From Myxococcota bacterium (lineage in GTDB: Bacteria; Myxococcota_A; UBA9160; SMWR01), in NCBI GenBank assembly GCA_036482635.1, contig JAZFWH010000281.1, positions 1 through 48,216 of the forward strand: a stretch of DNA of 48,216 bases. Direction: 5' to 3'. The translations under genes were made by a program, and so were the position numbers. Shown here one piece after another: positions 1 through 12,265 of the stretch; positions within the stretch are counted from its first letter, which is position 1, and each line of letters starts with the position of its first letter. Under the pieces are notes generated by a model that was not told where the DNA came from, ran no database searches, and saw nothing but the letters and a program-made list of their open reading frames with translations.

Positions 1-280
1 GCACGGTGCGCCAGCGGCGGTAGCGGTGCGCCTGGTTCACCAGGATGCGGTAGAACCAGGTCTCCAGCCGCGCATCGCCTCGAAAGCGGGGCAGGGCGCG
101 GTAGGCGGAGACGAACGCCTCCTGCGCCACGTCCTCGGCCGCGGCCTCGTCGCCCCCCACGAGACGCCAGGCCAGGCGCAGCGCCCGCTCGCGGTGGGAG
201 GCGACCAGCGCGCTGAAGCGCTCCTCCAGCGCCACCGCTGCCGCATCGCGAGACTCCAGGGCCGCGGCCTCCGCCGGCAT
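1..280 (-). CDS. ECF-type RNA polymerase sigma-70 factor, N-terminal part (runs off left edge)
   Basis: Not in ORF track. Manual translation from ATG at 280 (GAGGAG RBS upstream): MPAEAAALESRD...FSALVASHRERALRLAWRLVGGDEAAAEDVAQEAFVSAYRALPRFRGDARLETWFYRILVN, a typical sigma region 2 (AEDxxQExF, F/LxTWxYRIxxN). Confidence 0.88.
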   Translation of the reverse strand, partial: MPAEAAALESRDAAAVALEERFSALVASHRERALRLAWRLVGGDEAAAEDVAQEAFVSAYRALPRFRGDARLETWFYRILVNQAHRYRRWRTV

Positions 281-305
281 CGCACTCCTCTTGCGTTCCA
301 ACCCT

Positions 306-335
306 TTGGACCCCCGACCAGGGGGTTTGGGTTAC
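306..335 (-). promoter_or_regulatory. Possible ECF-type (autoregulatory) promoter
   Basis: Minus strand GTAACC-N18-GTCCAA just upstream of the ECF gene. It resembles AAC...GTC ECF promoters but the spacer is slightly long. Confidence 0.3.
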
Positions 336-357
336 CGGATCGCGCGAGTCAACCTGT

Positions 358-1743
358 GTGGCGAGCCCGCTAGACTGGGGCGCCGTGCCGAGCCCGAAGC
401 CGTCGCACTGTGTGGCTGTGGTCGGCGGTGCCGTCGCCGGCGCCGAAACCGCGGGGCTGCTCGCGGCGCGCGGCGTCGAAGTGGTGGTGTTCGAGCAGAA
501 CGCCCGCCCCTACGGGAAGATCGAGGACGGCCTCCCGCGCTGGCACGTAGCGCTGCGCAAGAAGGAGTACGAGGCGATCGGGCGCAACCTGGCGCGGCCC
601 GGGGTCCACTACGTCCCTCTCACCGCCGTCGGCGTGGACGTCGGCCTGCGCGATCTCGTCGACGGGTGGGGCTTCACCGGCGTGGTGCTCGCCAACGGCG
701 CCTGGCGCGACCGCCCACTCCCCGTCGAGGGCGCGGACGCGTACCTGGACAAGGGGCTCGTCTACCAGAACCCCTTCATCATCTGGTACAACCACGCCAA
801 CGAGAAGGCGTACGGCGGCCCGCGTTTCGAGCCGATGGACGGCGTGCTGGTCGTGGGCGGCGGGCTGGCGTCGATCGACGTGGTCAAGGTGCTCATGCTC
901 GAGACCACGCGCGCGGCGCTGCGCGAGCGCGGCATCGAGTGCGAGATGGTGGAGCTCGAGGTCAAGGGCATCCCCAAGATCCTGGCGCGCCACGGCCTGA
1001 GCTTCGAAGAGCTGGGACTCGAGGGCTGCACGCTCTACTACCGCCGGCGCACCGAGGACATGCCGCTGATGGAGATGCCCGACGGCGCCAGCCCGGAGCG
1101 GCAGAAGAAGGTGCGGGTCGCGCGGGAGCGCATGCTGGCCAAGGCGATGGACAAGTACCGCTTCCGCTTCGAGCCGCTCTGCATGCCCGAGGGCCTGCTG
1201 GTCGAGCAGGGCCGCCTGGCGGGTCTGCGCTTCCGCCGCACGCGCATGGAGGGCGGTCGCCCGGTGCCCACCGACGAGACCTTCGAGCGGCGCGGCCCCT
1301 ACGTGATCAGCTCGATCGGCAGCATCCCGCTTGTGATCGAGGGCGTCGCGATGAAGGGCGAGCTCTTCGCCTTCAGCGACTGGGAGCTGGGCCGCCTGGA
1401 CGGGTATCCGACGCTCTTCTCCGTGGGCAACGTGGTGACCGGCAAGGGCAACATCGTGGTCTCGCGCAAGCACGCGCGGTCGGTGACCGAGGCCATGCTC
1501 GAGGCCTTCCTCGGCCTGGACGAGGACGGACACGCCGGAGAGGAGGGACTGGCCGAGGCGGCGCGCGCGGGCGCGCGCGCGGCGGCGGAGGCGATCGCCG
1601 CCGAGATCAGCCCGCAGCCGCCCATCGACGCGCAGACGCTCGAGGCGATCCGCGCCCGGGTGAGGGAACGCCAGCGGGCCGTGGGCTACGGCGGCGACTA
1701 CGCCGGCTGGATCGAGCGCGTCACCCCTTCCGACCTGGAGTAG
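358..1743 (+). CDS. FAD-dependent oxidoreductase, ferredoxin-NADP reductase/adrenodoxin reductase-like
   Basis: N-terminal Rossmann VAVVGGAVAG, FEQNARPYGKIEDGLP, VVLANGA, second dinucleotide motif VVGGGLASIDV, C-terminal LFSVGNVVTGKG. Confidence 0.75.
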   Translation: MASPLDWGAVPSPKPSHCVAVVGGAVAGAETAGLLAARGVEVVVFEQNARPYGKIEDGLPRWHVALRKKEYEAIGRNLARPGVHYVPLTAVGVDVGLRDLVDGWGFTGVVLANGAWRDRPLPVEGADAYLDKGLVYQNPFIIWYNHANEKAYGGPRFEPMDGVLVVGGGLASIDVVKVLMLETTRAALRERGIECEMVELEVKGIPKILARHGLSFEELGLEGCTLYYRRRTEDMPLMEMPDGASPERQKKVRVARERMLAKAMDKYRFRFEPLCMPEGLLVEQGRLAGLRFRRTRMEGGRPVPTDETFERRGPYVISSIGSIPLVIEGVAMKGELFAFSDWELGRLDGYPTLFSVGNVVTGKGNIVVSRKHARSVTEAMLEAFLGLDEDGHAGEEGLAEAARAGARAAAEAIAAEISPQPPIDAQTLEAIRARVRERQRAVGYGGDYAGWIERVTPSDLE

Positions 1744-1749
1744 GCGAGC

Positions 1750-3672
<1,923 letters not shown>

Positions 3673-3715
3673 GGGGGGGGCTCCTTGTCTGCTCTCCGAT
3701 TGCTGACCTACCGGG

Positions 3716-5479
3716 TCACGGTGGTGACCCCGCAGGGGGACGGTCGTTGAAATCCTCGGCGTCCAGGCGCCGGCGGTCCTTTTCGAGCAACAGCGAGGAC
3801 GCGTCCGCCGCCGGGTCGCGCAGCTGCTGGGTGAGGGCGCGCTGGCTCTCGGTATCGCGACGCCTGCGAAGGCTGGCCAGCGTGTCGTCGACGGTGCGCT
3901 CGGCGTCGGCCCGCTCCAGCCGCACGTCCTCCGCGGCGAGCGCACGCAGCAGGCTGCGGCTCGGGTCCGCGAGGCGTTCGCACAGCGCGTCGACGTCGAC
4001 GCGGCCCCCCTCGCCCGCCTCGATCAGCGCCGCGACCAGGTCGGCGATGGGCGAAGCGGGGGCCAGGGACGTGAACAGCTCGCGGCCGATACGACCGCCG
4101 AGCTCGGGATACTCGAGCAGGCAGCGGGCGAGCCACTCGAGCACGCGCTCGAGCCCGTCCCGGCGGCGCGGGACGCTGGCGATCGCCTGCCCCGGATCCT
4201 CGCCGCGCGCGCTGGCGCGGACGGCGGCTTCGACGTGGCGCGGCTCGGTGCCGACCGCGATGCCCACCTCGACGCACAGCTCCGCGCGCTCGACCGGAGA
4301 GGGAACCAGCCGCAGCAGGCCGGCCAGCGAGGCCACGGCGTCCGCCTTCTGCCAGGGAGTGCGGCAGCCGCGCGCCACGGCGCGGTGGATGATCAGGTCG
4401 AGCGCGGGCGGAGCCGCCTCGACCAACGCGCGCAGGGCATCTGCGCCCTGCGCGGCGAGGAAGGTGTCCGGGTCCTCGCCGGCTGGCAGCGCGGCAGCGC
4501 GTACGCGCAGACCCGTGGGTAACAGCAGCTCCATCGAGCGCTCGACCGCGCGCTGCCCGGCTTCGTCGCCGTCGAATAAGAGCACCACGTGCCGACCGCG
4601 GCGGCGAAGATTGCGCGCGTGCTCCGCCGTGAGCGCGGTGCCGCAAGTCGCCACCACCCCCTCGACGCCGGCGCGGTGCAGCGCGATCAGGTCGAAGTAG
4701 CCCTCGACGACGACCGCGCGGTCCAGGCGGCGGATGGCCTCGAGGGCGAGCGGAAAGCCGAAGAAGGCCTCGCGCTTGCGGAAGATCGGGCTCTCGGGCG
4801 TGTTCAGGTACTTGGGCTCCTGCTCGGATCCCAGCGCCCGGCCGCCGAAGCCGATCACCCGCCCCCGGACGTCGCGAATCGGAAAGACCACGCGACCGCG
4901 CAGTCGGTCGTAGTGTCCCCCGGTCTTGCGCGCGGCCAGCAATCCGGCGCGCTCACCGACCTCCGCCGGAATCCCCTGCTCGCGCAGGGCGTGTGCAACG
5001 AACTCCCAGCTGTCGGGCGCAAAGCCGATCTCGAAGCGCGCGATGGTCGCCGCGTCCAGGCCGCGCTCGGCCAGGTAGGCCGCCGCTGGGTTGCCCGGCG
5101 CGGCCAGCGCCGCCCGGTAGCGCGCCTGCGCCAGATCGTTCGCCTCGAACAGACGCTCGGACAGGCCCCGCTCGCCGCCCCGATTCTCCGGAATCTCGAT
5201 GCCGCACTCCCGGGCCAGGGAACGGGCGGCCTCCGGGAAGGTCAGGTTCTCGGCCTTCATCAGGAACATGAAGGCGTTGCCGCCCTCGTGGCAGCCGAAG
5301 CAGTAGAAGCTCTGGCGGTCCGGATTGACGTTGAAGGAAGGCGTCTTCTCGTCGTGGAACGGGCACAAGCCCTTGTAGTTGCGTCCGGCCTTCCGCAAGC
5401 TGACCGTACGCCCGACGAGGTCGACGATGTCGACGCGGTCGCGGATCTGCTGGATGATCTCGTCGGCGATCCAGCCCAA
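3716..5479 (-). CDS. dnaG: DNA primase
   Basis: CHC2 zinc finger [11 protein letters not shown]...[26 protein letters not shown] and FDGDEAG, DPD motif. Confidence 0.97.
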   Translation of the reverse strand: MGWIADEIIQQIRDRVDIVDLVGRTVSLRKAGRNYKGLCPFHDEKTPSFNVNPDRQSFYCFGCHEGGNAFMFLMKAENLTFPEAARSLARECGIEIPENRGGERGLSERLFEANDLAQARYRAALAAPGNPAAAYLAERGLDAATIARFEIGFAPDSWEFVAHALREQGIPAEVGERAGLLAARKTGGHYDRLRGRVVFPIRDVRGRVIGFGGRALGSEQEPKYLNTPESPIFRKREAFFGFPLALEAIRRLDRAVVVEGYFDLIALHRAGVEGVVATCGTALTAEHARNLRRRGRHVVLLFDGDEAGQRAVERSMELLLPTGLRVRAAALPAGEDPDTFLAAQGADALRALVEAAPPALDLIIHRAVARGCRTPWQKADAVASLAGLLRLVPSPVERAELCVEVGIAVGTEPRHVEAAVRASARGEDPGQAIASVPRRRDGLERVLEWLARCLLEYPELGGRIGRELFTSLAPASPIADLVAALIEAGEGGRVDVDALCERLADPSRSLLRALAAEDVRLERADAERTVDDTLASLRRRRDTESQRALTQQLRDPAADASSLLLEKDRRRLDAEDFNDRPPAGSPP

Positions 5480-5496
5480 CCGGGAATGCCTCTCAG

Positions 5497-5694
5497 CTAC
5501 CGCGCCATCCGCCTCAGCTTCTTCAGGGCGCGCTTGCGAGCCGCCGCCGCCTTCTTCTTCTTGCGGACGCTCGGCTTGTCATAGTATTCGCGACGCCTCA
5601 GCTCGGTCAGAATGCCCGCCTTCTCGCACTGCTTCTTGAAGCGCTTCATGGCCACTTCGAAGGGCTCGTTGTCCCTCACCTTGACGACGGGCAA
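5497..5694 (-). CDS. rpsU: 30S ribosomal protein S21
   Basis: [45 protein letters not shown] start with AGGAG RBS. rpsU-dnaG-rpoD order. Confidence 0.97.
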   Translation of the reverse strand: MPVVKVRDNEPFEVAMKRFKKQCEKAGILTELRRREYYDKPSVRKKKKAAAARKRALKKLRRMAR

Positions 5695-5861
5695 GTGTCC
5701 TCTCCTGACGCGCGACGGCCGCCGGAAGGCGGCCGCTCAATTCGGTGTCTGTGGTTGGCTCGCTGCAGCCGGCGTCAGGAGCGGAAGCTCCCGGCACACC
5801 CACGCAGCAACAAAAAACGTCGAAAAACAGGCCACTTTTGAGCTTTTCCAGCGCGGCAGGC

Positions 5862-5890
5862 AATCTAGCGTACAGCTGACGGACCATCAA
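5862..5890 (-). promoter_or_regulatory. sigma70-type promoter for rpsU-dnaG-rpoD
   Basis: Minus strand TTGATG-N17-TAGATT, followed by an AT-richer leader of about 160 nt. Confidence 0.65.
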
Positions 5891-6675
5891 GCGACAGACG
5901 GCGGCCGCACTGAGATGCCCAGCTCCAGCAAGCGGCGCTTCACCTGCGCCACCGTGACCTCGCGGAAGTGGAAGATGGACGCGGCCAGAGCGGCCTGCGT
6001 GTGGCCTCCCTCCGGGCCGTCGTCGAGGGCACGCGCCAGGTCCTCTGCGCTCCCGCCTCCCCCCGAGGCGATCACGGGAACGCTGACGGCGTCCGTCACG
6101 GCGCGCAGCAGGGCGAGGTCGTAGCCGCTCTTCGTCCCGTCGCGGTCCATGCTCGTGAGCAGGATCTCGCCCGCGCCCGCCTCGGCCATGCGCGCCGCCC
6201 AGGCGACCGCGTCGATGCCGGTGGGCCGGCGCCCCCCGTGGGTGCAGACCTCCCAGCCCGCGCCGCCCTCGGCGCGCGCGCGCGCATCGATGGCGACCAC
6301 CAGGTTGGCGCTGCCGATCTTGACGGCGGCTTCGCCCACCAGGTCGGGGTTCTCCACGGCCGCGGTCATGATCGAGACCTTGTCGGCCCCGGCGTTGAGC
6401 AGATCGCGCACGTCTTGCAGCGAGCGCACGCCCCCACCCACGGTCAGCGGCATGAACACCGTCTCCGCGGTGCGGGCCACGGCATCCAGCAGGATGTTGC
6501 GGCCCTCGTGGCTCGCCGTGATGTCGAGGAAGGTGATCTCGTCCGCCTCCTGGGCATCGTAGAGCTGCGCGACTTCGACCGGGTCGCCGGCGTCGACGTG
6601 GTCCACGTAGCGCACGCCCTTGACGACGCGTCCCTTGTCCACGTCCAGGCACGGGATGATGCGTTTCAGGAGCAC
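5887..6675 (-). CDS. hisF: Imidazole glycerol phosphate synthase cyclase subunit
   Basis: (V)[58 protein letters not shown]. Start reassigned to GTG 6675. Confidence 0.96.
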   Translation of the reverse strand: MLLKRIIPCLDVDKGRVVKGVRYVDHVDAGDPVEVAQLYDAQEADEITFLDITASHEGRNILLDAVARTAETVFMPLTVGGGVRSLQDVRDLLNAGADKVSIMTAAVENPDLVGEAAVKIGSANLVVAIDARARAEGGAGWEVCTHGGRRPTGIDAVAWAARMAEAGAGEILLTSMDRDGTKSGYDLALLRAVTDAVSVPVIASGGGGSAEDLARALDDGPEGGHTQAALAASIFHFREVTVAQVKRRLLELGISVRPPSVA

Positions 6676-7412
6676 GCGCCGAACCGGAGCGCGCGGCCGA
6701 GCTCGACGGCGCCGGTGTAGAGCGCGCGCCCGATGATGACTCCGGCGATCCCCCGCTCGGCGTAGGAGACCGCGCGCTGCACATCCGCCTCGTTGCCGAT
6801 GCCACCGGAGGCGATCACGGGAATCTCGACGCGCTCGGCCAGCTCCGCCGTGGCCTCGAGGTTCGGCCCGCTCAGCATCCCGTCCCGCGCGATGTCCGTG
6901 TAGACGAGCGCAGCCACCCCGGCGTCCTCGAAGCGCCGCGCCACGTCCAGGGCGCTGGCCGTGCTCTCGTCCAGCCACCCCTCCACGGCGACGCGTCCGT
7001 CCCGGGCGTCGACACCCACCACGATGCGGCCGGCGAAGCGCCGCGCGCCTTCGCGCACCAGCTCCGGATCGCGCAGGGCCGCCGTGCCCAGCACGACCCG
7101 ATCGACGCCCGTCTCGAGCGACGCCTCGATCGCCTCGACGCTGCGCAGACCCCCACCGAGCTGCACGGGCACGTCGCCCGCGCTCGCCACGATGCGGCGC
7201 ACCGCTTCGGCGTTGCACGGCTGGCCCGCCTTGGCCCCGTCCAGGTCGACCACGTGGAGCCTGGGAATCGGGTGCCGCGCGAAACGCTCCGCCACCTGCG
7301 CGGGGTCGTCGTCGTAGACGGTGGCCCGGTCGTACTGCCCCTGGGAGAGACGCACGCAGCGGCCCCCGAGCAGGTCGATGGCGGGAATGATCTCAAACCG
7401 CACCGGAGCCAC
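6666..7412 (-). CDS. hisA: ProFAR isomerase
   Basis: [53 protein letters not shown]. Confidence 0.96.
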   Translation of the reverse strand: MAPVRFEIIPAIDLLGGRCVRLSQGQYDRATVYDDDPAQVAERFARHPIPRLHVVDLDGAKAGQPCNAEAVRRIVASAGDVPVQLGGGLRSVEAIEASLETGVDRVVLGTAALRDPELVREGARRFAGRIVVGVDARDGRVAVEGWLDESTASALDVARRFEDAGVAALVYTDIARDGMLSGPNLEATAELAERVEIPVIASGGIGNEADVQRAVSYAERGIAGVIIGRALYTGAVELGRALRFGACS

Positions 7413-8060
7413 TCACTGGCACGTCCTGACCCAGGCGGCGTAGGCGTCGAGCAGCCGCTTGCCGGCGGCCTGACTCTTCTCCGGGTGGAACTGCACCGCG
7501 AACAGCCGATCGGTCGCGACCGCGGCCGCGAACTCGCCGCCGTAATCGGCCCGACCGGCGGCGACCTCGGGCTGGGCCGGCACGGCCCGGAAGGAGTGCA
7601 CGAAGTAGTAGCAGTCCTCCGCGGGCATCCCCTTCAACATGGGGTGGCTGCCGCGGAACGCCACGCGGTTCCAGCCGATGTGCGGGACCCGCAGCAGACG
7701 CCCCTCGGCGTCGCAATCCGGGAAGCGTTCCACGCGACCGGCCAGCAGCCCGAGCCCGTCGGTCCGTCCGTGCTCGTCGCTCTCGTCGAACAGCACCTGC
7801 AGGCCGAGGCAGATCCCGAGGTAAGGGCGGCCCGCCTCGATCGAGTCGCGCAGCGCGCAGTCGAGCCCCGCGGCCGCCAGGCTGCCCACCGCGTCGGCGA
7901 ACGCACCGACGCCCGGCAGCACCACGCCGTCGGCCCGCGCCAGCGCGGCCCGGTCGCTCGTCACCTCCGGTGCCAGACCGGAGCGAGCCAGCGCCTTGGC
8001 GACGCTGCGCAGGTTTCCGGCGCCGTAATCGACGACCGCGATCCGGGGGCTGGACGTCAT
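7413..8060 (-). CDS. hisH: Imidazole glycerol phosphate synthase glutamine amidotransferase subunit
   Basis: DYGAGNLRSV, LPGVGAF, GICLGLQ, PHIGWN, YFVHSF, QFHPEKS. Confidence 0.97.
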   Translation of the reverse strand: MTSSPRIAVVDYGAGNLRSVAKALARSGLAPEVTSDRAALARADGVVLPGVGAFADAVGSLAAAGLDCALRDSIEAGRPYLGICLGLQVLFDESDEHGRTDGLGLLAGRVERFPDCDAEGRLLRVPHIGWNRVAFRGSHPMLKGMPAEDCYYFVHSFRAVPAQPEVAAGRADYGGEFAAAVATDRLFAVQFHPEKSQAAGKRLLDAYAAWVRTCQ

Positions 8061-8070
8061 CGCCTGGGTT

Positions 8071-8670
8071 CTACAGGGCGCCCTTGACCGTCGGCAAGCC
8101 CTTCACGCGGGGATCGCGCTCGACGGCGACTCGCAGGGCGCGCGCCGTCCCCTTGAAGACCGCCTCGACCACGTGGTGCGGGTTCTTCCCGTAGCGGAGC
8201 TCGACGTGCAGGTCGAGGCCGGCGTTCTGCGAGAACGCGTACAGGAAGTCCTCGGTGAGGGAGGCGTCGAAGCTGCCGATCCGGTCGTTGTCCAGCTCCA
8301 CGCGGTAGACCAGGTACGGCCGATTCGAGATGTCCAGCGAGACCTCGACCTTCGCCTCCGCCATGGGCAGCAGCGCCGATCCGTAGCGCCGGATCCCCAC
8401 CGGCGTGCCGAGCGCCTCGCGGACCGCCTGTCCCAGCGCGATGCCCACGTCTTCCACCGTGTGGTGGGTGTCGACGGAGAGATCGCCCTTGGCTGCCAGA
8501 CGCAGGTCGAACAGACCGTGCCGCGCGAACGACTCCAGCATGTGGTCGAAGAAGGGAATCCCGGTGGAGACCTCGTAGTCCCCGGCGCCGTCCAGGTTGA
8601 TCTCCAGGTTCACGTCGGTCTCGCGTGTCTTGCGCTCGACCGTCGCCACGCGTGCCGCCGGCGCGCTCAT
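8071..8670 (-). CDS. hisB: Imidazoleglycerol-phosphate dehydratase
   Basis: RKTRETD, TGIPFFDHML, DTHHTVED, NPHHVVEAVFK, PTVKGAL. Start reassigned to ATG 8670. Confidence 0.97.
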   Translation of the reverse strand: MSAPAARVATVERKTRETDVNLEINLDGAGDYEVSTGIPFFDHMLESFARHGLFDLRLAAKGDLSVDTHHTVEDVGIALGQAVREALGTPVGIRRYGSALLPMAEAKVEVSLDISNRPYLVYRVELDNDRIGSFDASLTEDFLYAFSQNAGLDLHVELRYGKNPHHVVEAVFKGTARALRVAVERDPRVKGLPTVKGAL

Positions 8671-10046
8671 AGCTCGAACTCCGCCTCCTCCGTCTCCCGC
8701 GCGGCTTCGCGCTCGCGGCGCGCGCGCCGGATCTTCTGCAGGCGCAGATCCACCGAACGCGCGTGGCCGGTCAGCCCCTCGAGGTCCGCCAGGCGCATCA
8801 CGTCCGACCCGAGCTCGCGGAGCTTGGGCGGCTCGAAGCGCACCACGCTCATGCGCTTGAGGAAGTCCTCGACTCCGAGCGGTGAGAAGAAGCGCGCCGT
8901 TCCCCCTGTCGGCAGCACGTGGTTCGGCCCGGCCAGGTAGTCGCCGACGGCGACCGGCGTGTAGTGGCCCAGGAACAGCGCGCCGGCGTTGGTCACCTGC
9001 TTGTCCACCGCACTGGGGTCGGCGACCGCCAGCATCAGGTGCTCGGGCGCGTAGCGGTTGGCCAGCTCGATGCACTCGGTCAGGCCGCGGCCCACCACGA
9101 TCGCGCCGTTGCTGGCCAACGCCTTGCGCGCGATCTTCGCGCGCTTCAGCGTCTTGAGCTGCTTGGCGATCTGGTCCTGGACGCGCGAGACCAACCCCTT
9201 GGCCGAGGTGATCAGGACGGCGCAGGCCAGCTCGTCGTGCTCGGCCTGGGAGATCAGATCCGCAGCGATCCAGGCGGGCGTGGCGCTGCGGTCCGCCACG
9301 ATCAGCACCTCGGTCGGACCGGCCTCGCTGTCGATCGCCACCTCGCCGAAGACCAGCCGCTTGGCGGCCGTCACGTAGACGTTGCCCGGCCCGACGATCT
9401 TGTCGACGCGGGGGACGCTCTCCGTGCCGTACGCGAGCGCGGCGATGGCGTGCGCTCCCCCCATCTTGAAGATGCGGTGGACACCGGACACCCGCGCGGC
9501 CATCAGCACCTCGGGTCGCACCGATCCGTCCGGCTGCGCCGGCGTGGCCATCACGATCTCCGGAACCTCGACCACGGAGGCCGGCGTGGCGTTCATGATC
9601 ACGGTCGAGGGGTAAAAGGCCTTTCCGCCGGGCACGTAGATGCCGACCCGCTCCAGGGGCCGTACCCGCTGGCCCAGCGAGGCCCCGCCCTCCTCGCGCA
9701 CCTCCCAGCTGGAGGGGATGCGCTTGCGGTGGAACTCGCGGATGCGCATGGCCGCCTTGCCGAGCGCGGCCCGGTCGGCGGGGTCGATGGTCTCAGCGGC
9801 CTCGTCCCACTCCTCCCGCGTCACTTCGAGCGCCTTGAACTTCGCGCGGTCGAACTTGCGGACGCAGGCCAGCAGCTCCTCGTCGCCGCCCTCGCGGACG
9901 CGCTCGACGATGCGTCGCACGGCCCTCTCCACGTCGGCCGCCTGGCCGTCGCGCCGGCGCTCGAGGCGCTTGAAGGCCACCTCGAAGCCCCGCTCGTCGC
10001 TGCGGAGGACGGGGAGGATTCCCTTGCCGGCGGAACGGCTCGCCAC
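8667..10046 (-). CDS. hisD: Histidinol dehydrogenase
   Basis: GIYVPGG, GGAHAIAALAYGT, KIVGPGN, AGPTE, QAEHD, APEHL, GDYLAGPNHVLPT. Start reassigned to GTG 10046. Confidence 0.96.
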   Translation of the reverse strand: MASRSAGKGILPVLRSDERGFEVAFKRLERRRDGQAADVERAVRRIVERVREGGDEELLACVRKFDRAKFKALEVTREEWDEAAETIDPADRAALGKAAMRIREFHRKRIPSSWEVREEGGASLGQRVRPLERVGIYVPGGKAFYPSTVIMNATPASVVEVPEIVMATPAQPDGSVRPEVLMAARVSGVHRIFKMGGAHAIAALAYGTESVPRVDKIVGPGNVYVTAAKRLVFGEVAIDSEAGPTEVLIVADRSATPAWIAADLISQAEHDELACAVLITSAKGLVSRVQDQIAKQLKTLKRAKIARKALASNGAIVVGRGLTECIELANRYAPEHLMLAVADPSAVDKQVTNAGALFLGHYTPVAVGDYLAGPNHVLPTGGTARFFSPLGVEDFLKRMSVVRFEPPKLRELGSDVMRLADLEGLTGHARSVDLRLQKIRRARREREAARETEEAEFEL

Positions 10047-10048
10047 GT

Positions 10049-11308
10049 TCAACTCTCCCGGCGGATCGAGGCGCCCAGACTTCCCAGCTTCTGCTCGATT
10101 CGCTCGTAGCCGCGGTCGATGTGATAGACGCGATGGATCACCGTCTCGCCCTCCGCGGCCAGGGCGGCCACCACGAGCCCGGCCGAGGCGCGCAGGTCCG
10201 TGGCCATCACCGGCGCTCCCATCAGTCCGGGCACGCCGCGGACGTGGGCCGATCGGCCCGAGAGCGTGATGTCCGCGCCCAGGCGCTGGAGCTCGGGCAC
10301 GTGCATGAAACGATTCTCGAAGACGCGCTCGGTCACCACACTCGAGCCCTCCGCCACGCTCAGCACGGCCATCAGCTGCGCCTGCATGTCGGTGGGAAAG
10401 CCCGGGAAGGGCGCCGTGATCGCGCTGATCCCGCGCAGCGGGGCGTCGATCCGCGCGCGCACGCTGGTGGCGTCCGTCTCGATCTCGGCGCCCGCCTCGC
10501 GCAGCTTGTCGAGGACCGACTCGAGCACCGCCGGATCCACGCCGGTGACGCGCACGTCGCCCCGGGTGACGAGGCCCGCGGTGAGCAACGTGCCCGCCTC
10601 GATGCGGTCGCCGGGCACTCTGTGGCGCGCGGCGCGCAGCGCCTTGACGCCGCGCACGACGATCCTGTCGCTGCCGGCGCCGCGCACGTCCGCACCCATG
10701 CGGTTGACGGCGTCCGCGAGGTCCACCACCTCGGGCTCGCGCGCCGCGTTCTCGAGCACCGTCTCGCCGTCGGCCAGTGTCGCGGCCATCAGCACGTTCT
10801 GCGTACCGTTCACGGTCGAGACGTCGAAGGCGATGTGCGCCCCGCGCAAGCCGCTGGTGGTCGCCTCCACGTAGCCGTGGTCGAGGCGGATCTTCGCGCC
10901 CAGGGCCTCCAGCCCCTTCAGGTGCTGGTCCACGGGCCGTACCCCGATCGCGCAGCCGCCGGGCTCCGACGCGCGCGCCACTCCGAAGCGCGCCAGCAGC
11001 GGGCCGAGCACCAGGAAGGAAGCGCGCATCTTGCGCACCAGGTCGTAGGGCGCCTCGGGGCGGTGCACCGCCGTCGTCTCGATGCGCACGCTGTGGGCGG
11101 CCTCGCCGTCCCACTCCGCGCGGGCGCCGAGCGCCCGCAGGATCTCGAGCATGGTGTCGACGTCGCGCAGCCGGGGGACGTTGACGAGCTGCGTCTCGCC
11201 GTCCGCCAGCAGGGACGCCGCCAGCAGGGCCAGCGTTGTGTTCTTGGAGCCGGAAGCAGCCACCTCACCTTCGAGGCGGGCCCCTCCCCGCACGACGATG
11301 CGATCCAT
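10049..11308 (-). CDS. murA: UDP-N-acetylglucosamine 1-carboxyvinyltransferase
   Basis: SGSKN, KMRAS, PGGCAIGVRPVDQH (active-site Cys present), DRIEAGT, PGFPTDMQ, TDLRA, HIDRGYE. Confidence 0.97.
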   Translation of the reverse strand: MDRIVVRGGARLEGEVAASGSKNTTLALLAASLLADGETQLVNVPRLRDVDTMLEILRALGARAEWDGEAAHSVRIETTAVHRPEAPYDLVRKMRASFLVLGPLLARFGVARASEPGGCAIGVRPVDQHLKGLEALGAKIRLDHGYVEATTSGLRGAHIAFDVSTVNGTQNVLMAATLADGETVLENAAREPEVVDLADAVNRMGADVRGAGSDRIVVRGVKALRAARHRVPGDRIEAGTLLTAGLVTRGDVRVTGVDPAVLESVLDKLREAGAEIETDATSVRARIDAPLRGISAITAPFPGFPTDMQAQLMAVLSVAEGSSVVTERVFENRFMHVPELQRLGADITLSGRSAHVRGVPGLMGAPVMATDLRASAGLVVAALAAEGETVIHRVYHIDRGYERIEQKLGSLGASIRRES

Positions 11309-12265
11309 CTACGCGCTCCCCCCCGCCTCGGAGGACCCCCGAGGACCGCGGGCCGCGACCACGCGGGGGCGGCGGGCGAGGTCGCGGTGCAGCGTCACGT
11401 CTAGCAGGCCTGCCGCGCGGCACCAGTCCGCCACCTGGCCGGCCTGGGCCGGGTCGGTCTCGAAGGCGGCGGCGGCCCCCGGGGCGAGGATGCCGCCCAC
11501 GCCCCCGGCCAGGGCCCTCAGGACGTCCAGGCCGTCCGGGCCGGCGAAGAGCGCCTCGGGCGGCTCGTGGGCCAGCTCCGGCGGAAGGTGCTCTCGGGCC
11601 GTCTCCGCCACGTAGGGGGGGTTCGAGACCACCAGGTCGAAGCGCTCGCCGGCGACCGGCTCGAACAGGTCCCCGAGCCGGAAGCCCACGCGCGCTTCCA
11701 GCCCCAGGGCCTCGGCGTTGCTCCGCGCCAGCTCGAGGGCGGCGGGTGAGACGTCGGTCGCCGTGATCCGCGCACGCGGCCGCTCGCGGGCGATCGCCAG
11801 GGCGACGGCCCCCGAGCCGGTGCCCAGGTCCAGCACCCGGGCCTCCGCCTCGCGCTCCGGCAGCAGCCCGAGGGCCACCTCGACCAGCGTCTCGGTCTCG
11901 GGACGCGGGGCCAGAACGTCGCGCGACACGGCCAGCGGCAGGGACCAGAACTCCTTGCGCCCCACCAGCTGGGCGACCGGCACGCGCTCGTCCGCGCGGC
12001 GGCGCACCAGCTCGCGGAAGGCGGCGCGGTCCCGCTCGTCTACCGGCCGGTCGAACTCCACGTAGAGCCGCAGCCGGTCGCCGCCGAGCGCGTGCGCGAG
12101 CAGGCACTCCGCGTCCAGGCGCGGCCCTTCGATGCCGCGCGCCGCGAAGTGCCGCACGGTCCACTGCAGCAGCTCGAGCACCGTCCAGGTCCGCTTCGAT
12201 CGCGCCCGCGCATCCGCCGCGCCGGCGGGATCGACGCCGCTGGCCCCGGGGTCGGCGGCCCTCAC
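11309..12265 (-). CDS. prmC: Release factor glutamine methyltransferase
   Basis: [19 protein letters not shown]. Directly after prfA. Exact start uncertain. Confidence 0.93.
   Translation of the reverse strand: MRAADPGASGVDPAGAADARARSKRTWTVLELLQWTVRHFAARGIEGPRLDAECLLAHALGGDRLRLYVEFDRPVDERDRAAFRELVRRRADERVPVAQLVGRKEFWSLPLAVSRDVLAPRPETETLVEVALGLLPEREAEARVLDLGTGSGAVALAIARERPRARITATDVSPAALELARSNAEALGLEARVGFRLGDLFEPVAGERFDLVVSNPPYVAETAREHLPPELAHEPPEALFAGPDGLDVLRALAGGVGGILAPGAAAAFETDPAQAGQVADWCRAAGLLDVTLHRDLARRPRVVAARGPRGSSEAGGSA

Noticed and set aside
7400-7425. In-frame TGA between hisH and hisA (C-Q-stop-V) as selenocysteine read-through, given selA
   Set aside because: Both proteins are complete on their own and there is no catalytic Cys-equivalent position. 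The same abutting arrangement occurs at prmC/murA and ykvA/regulator, consistent with simple translational coupling.
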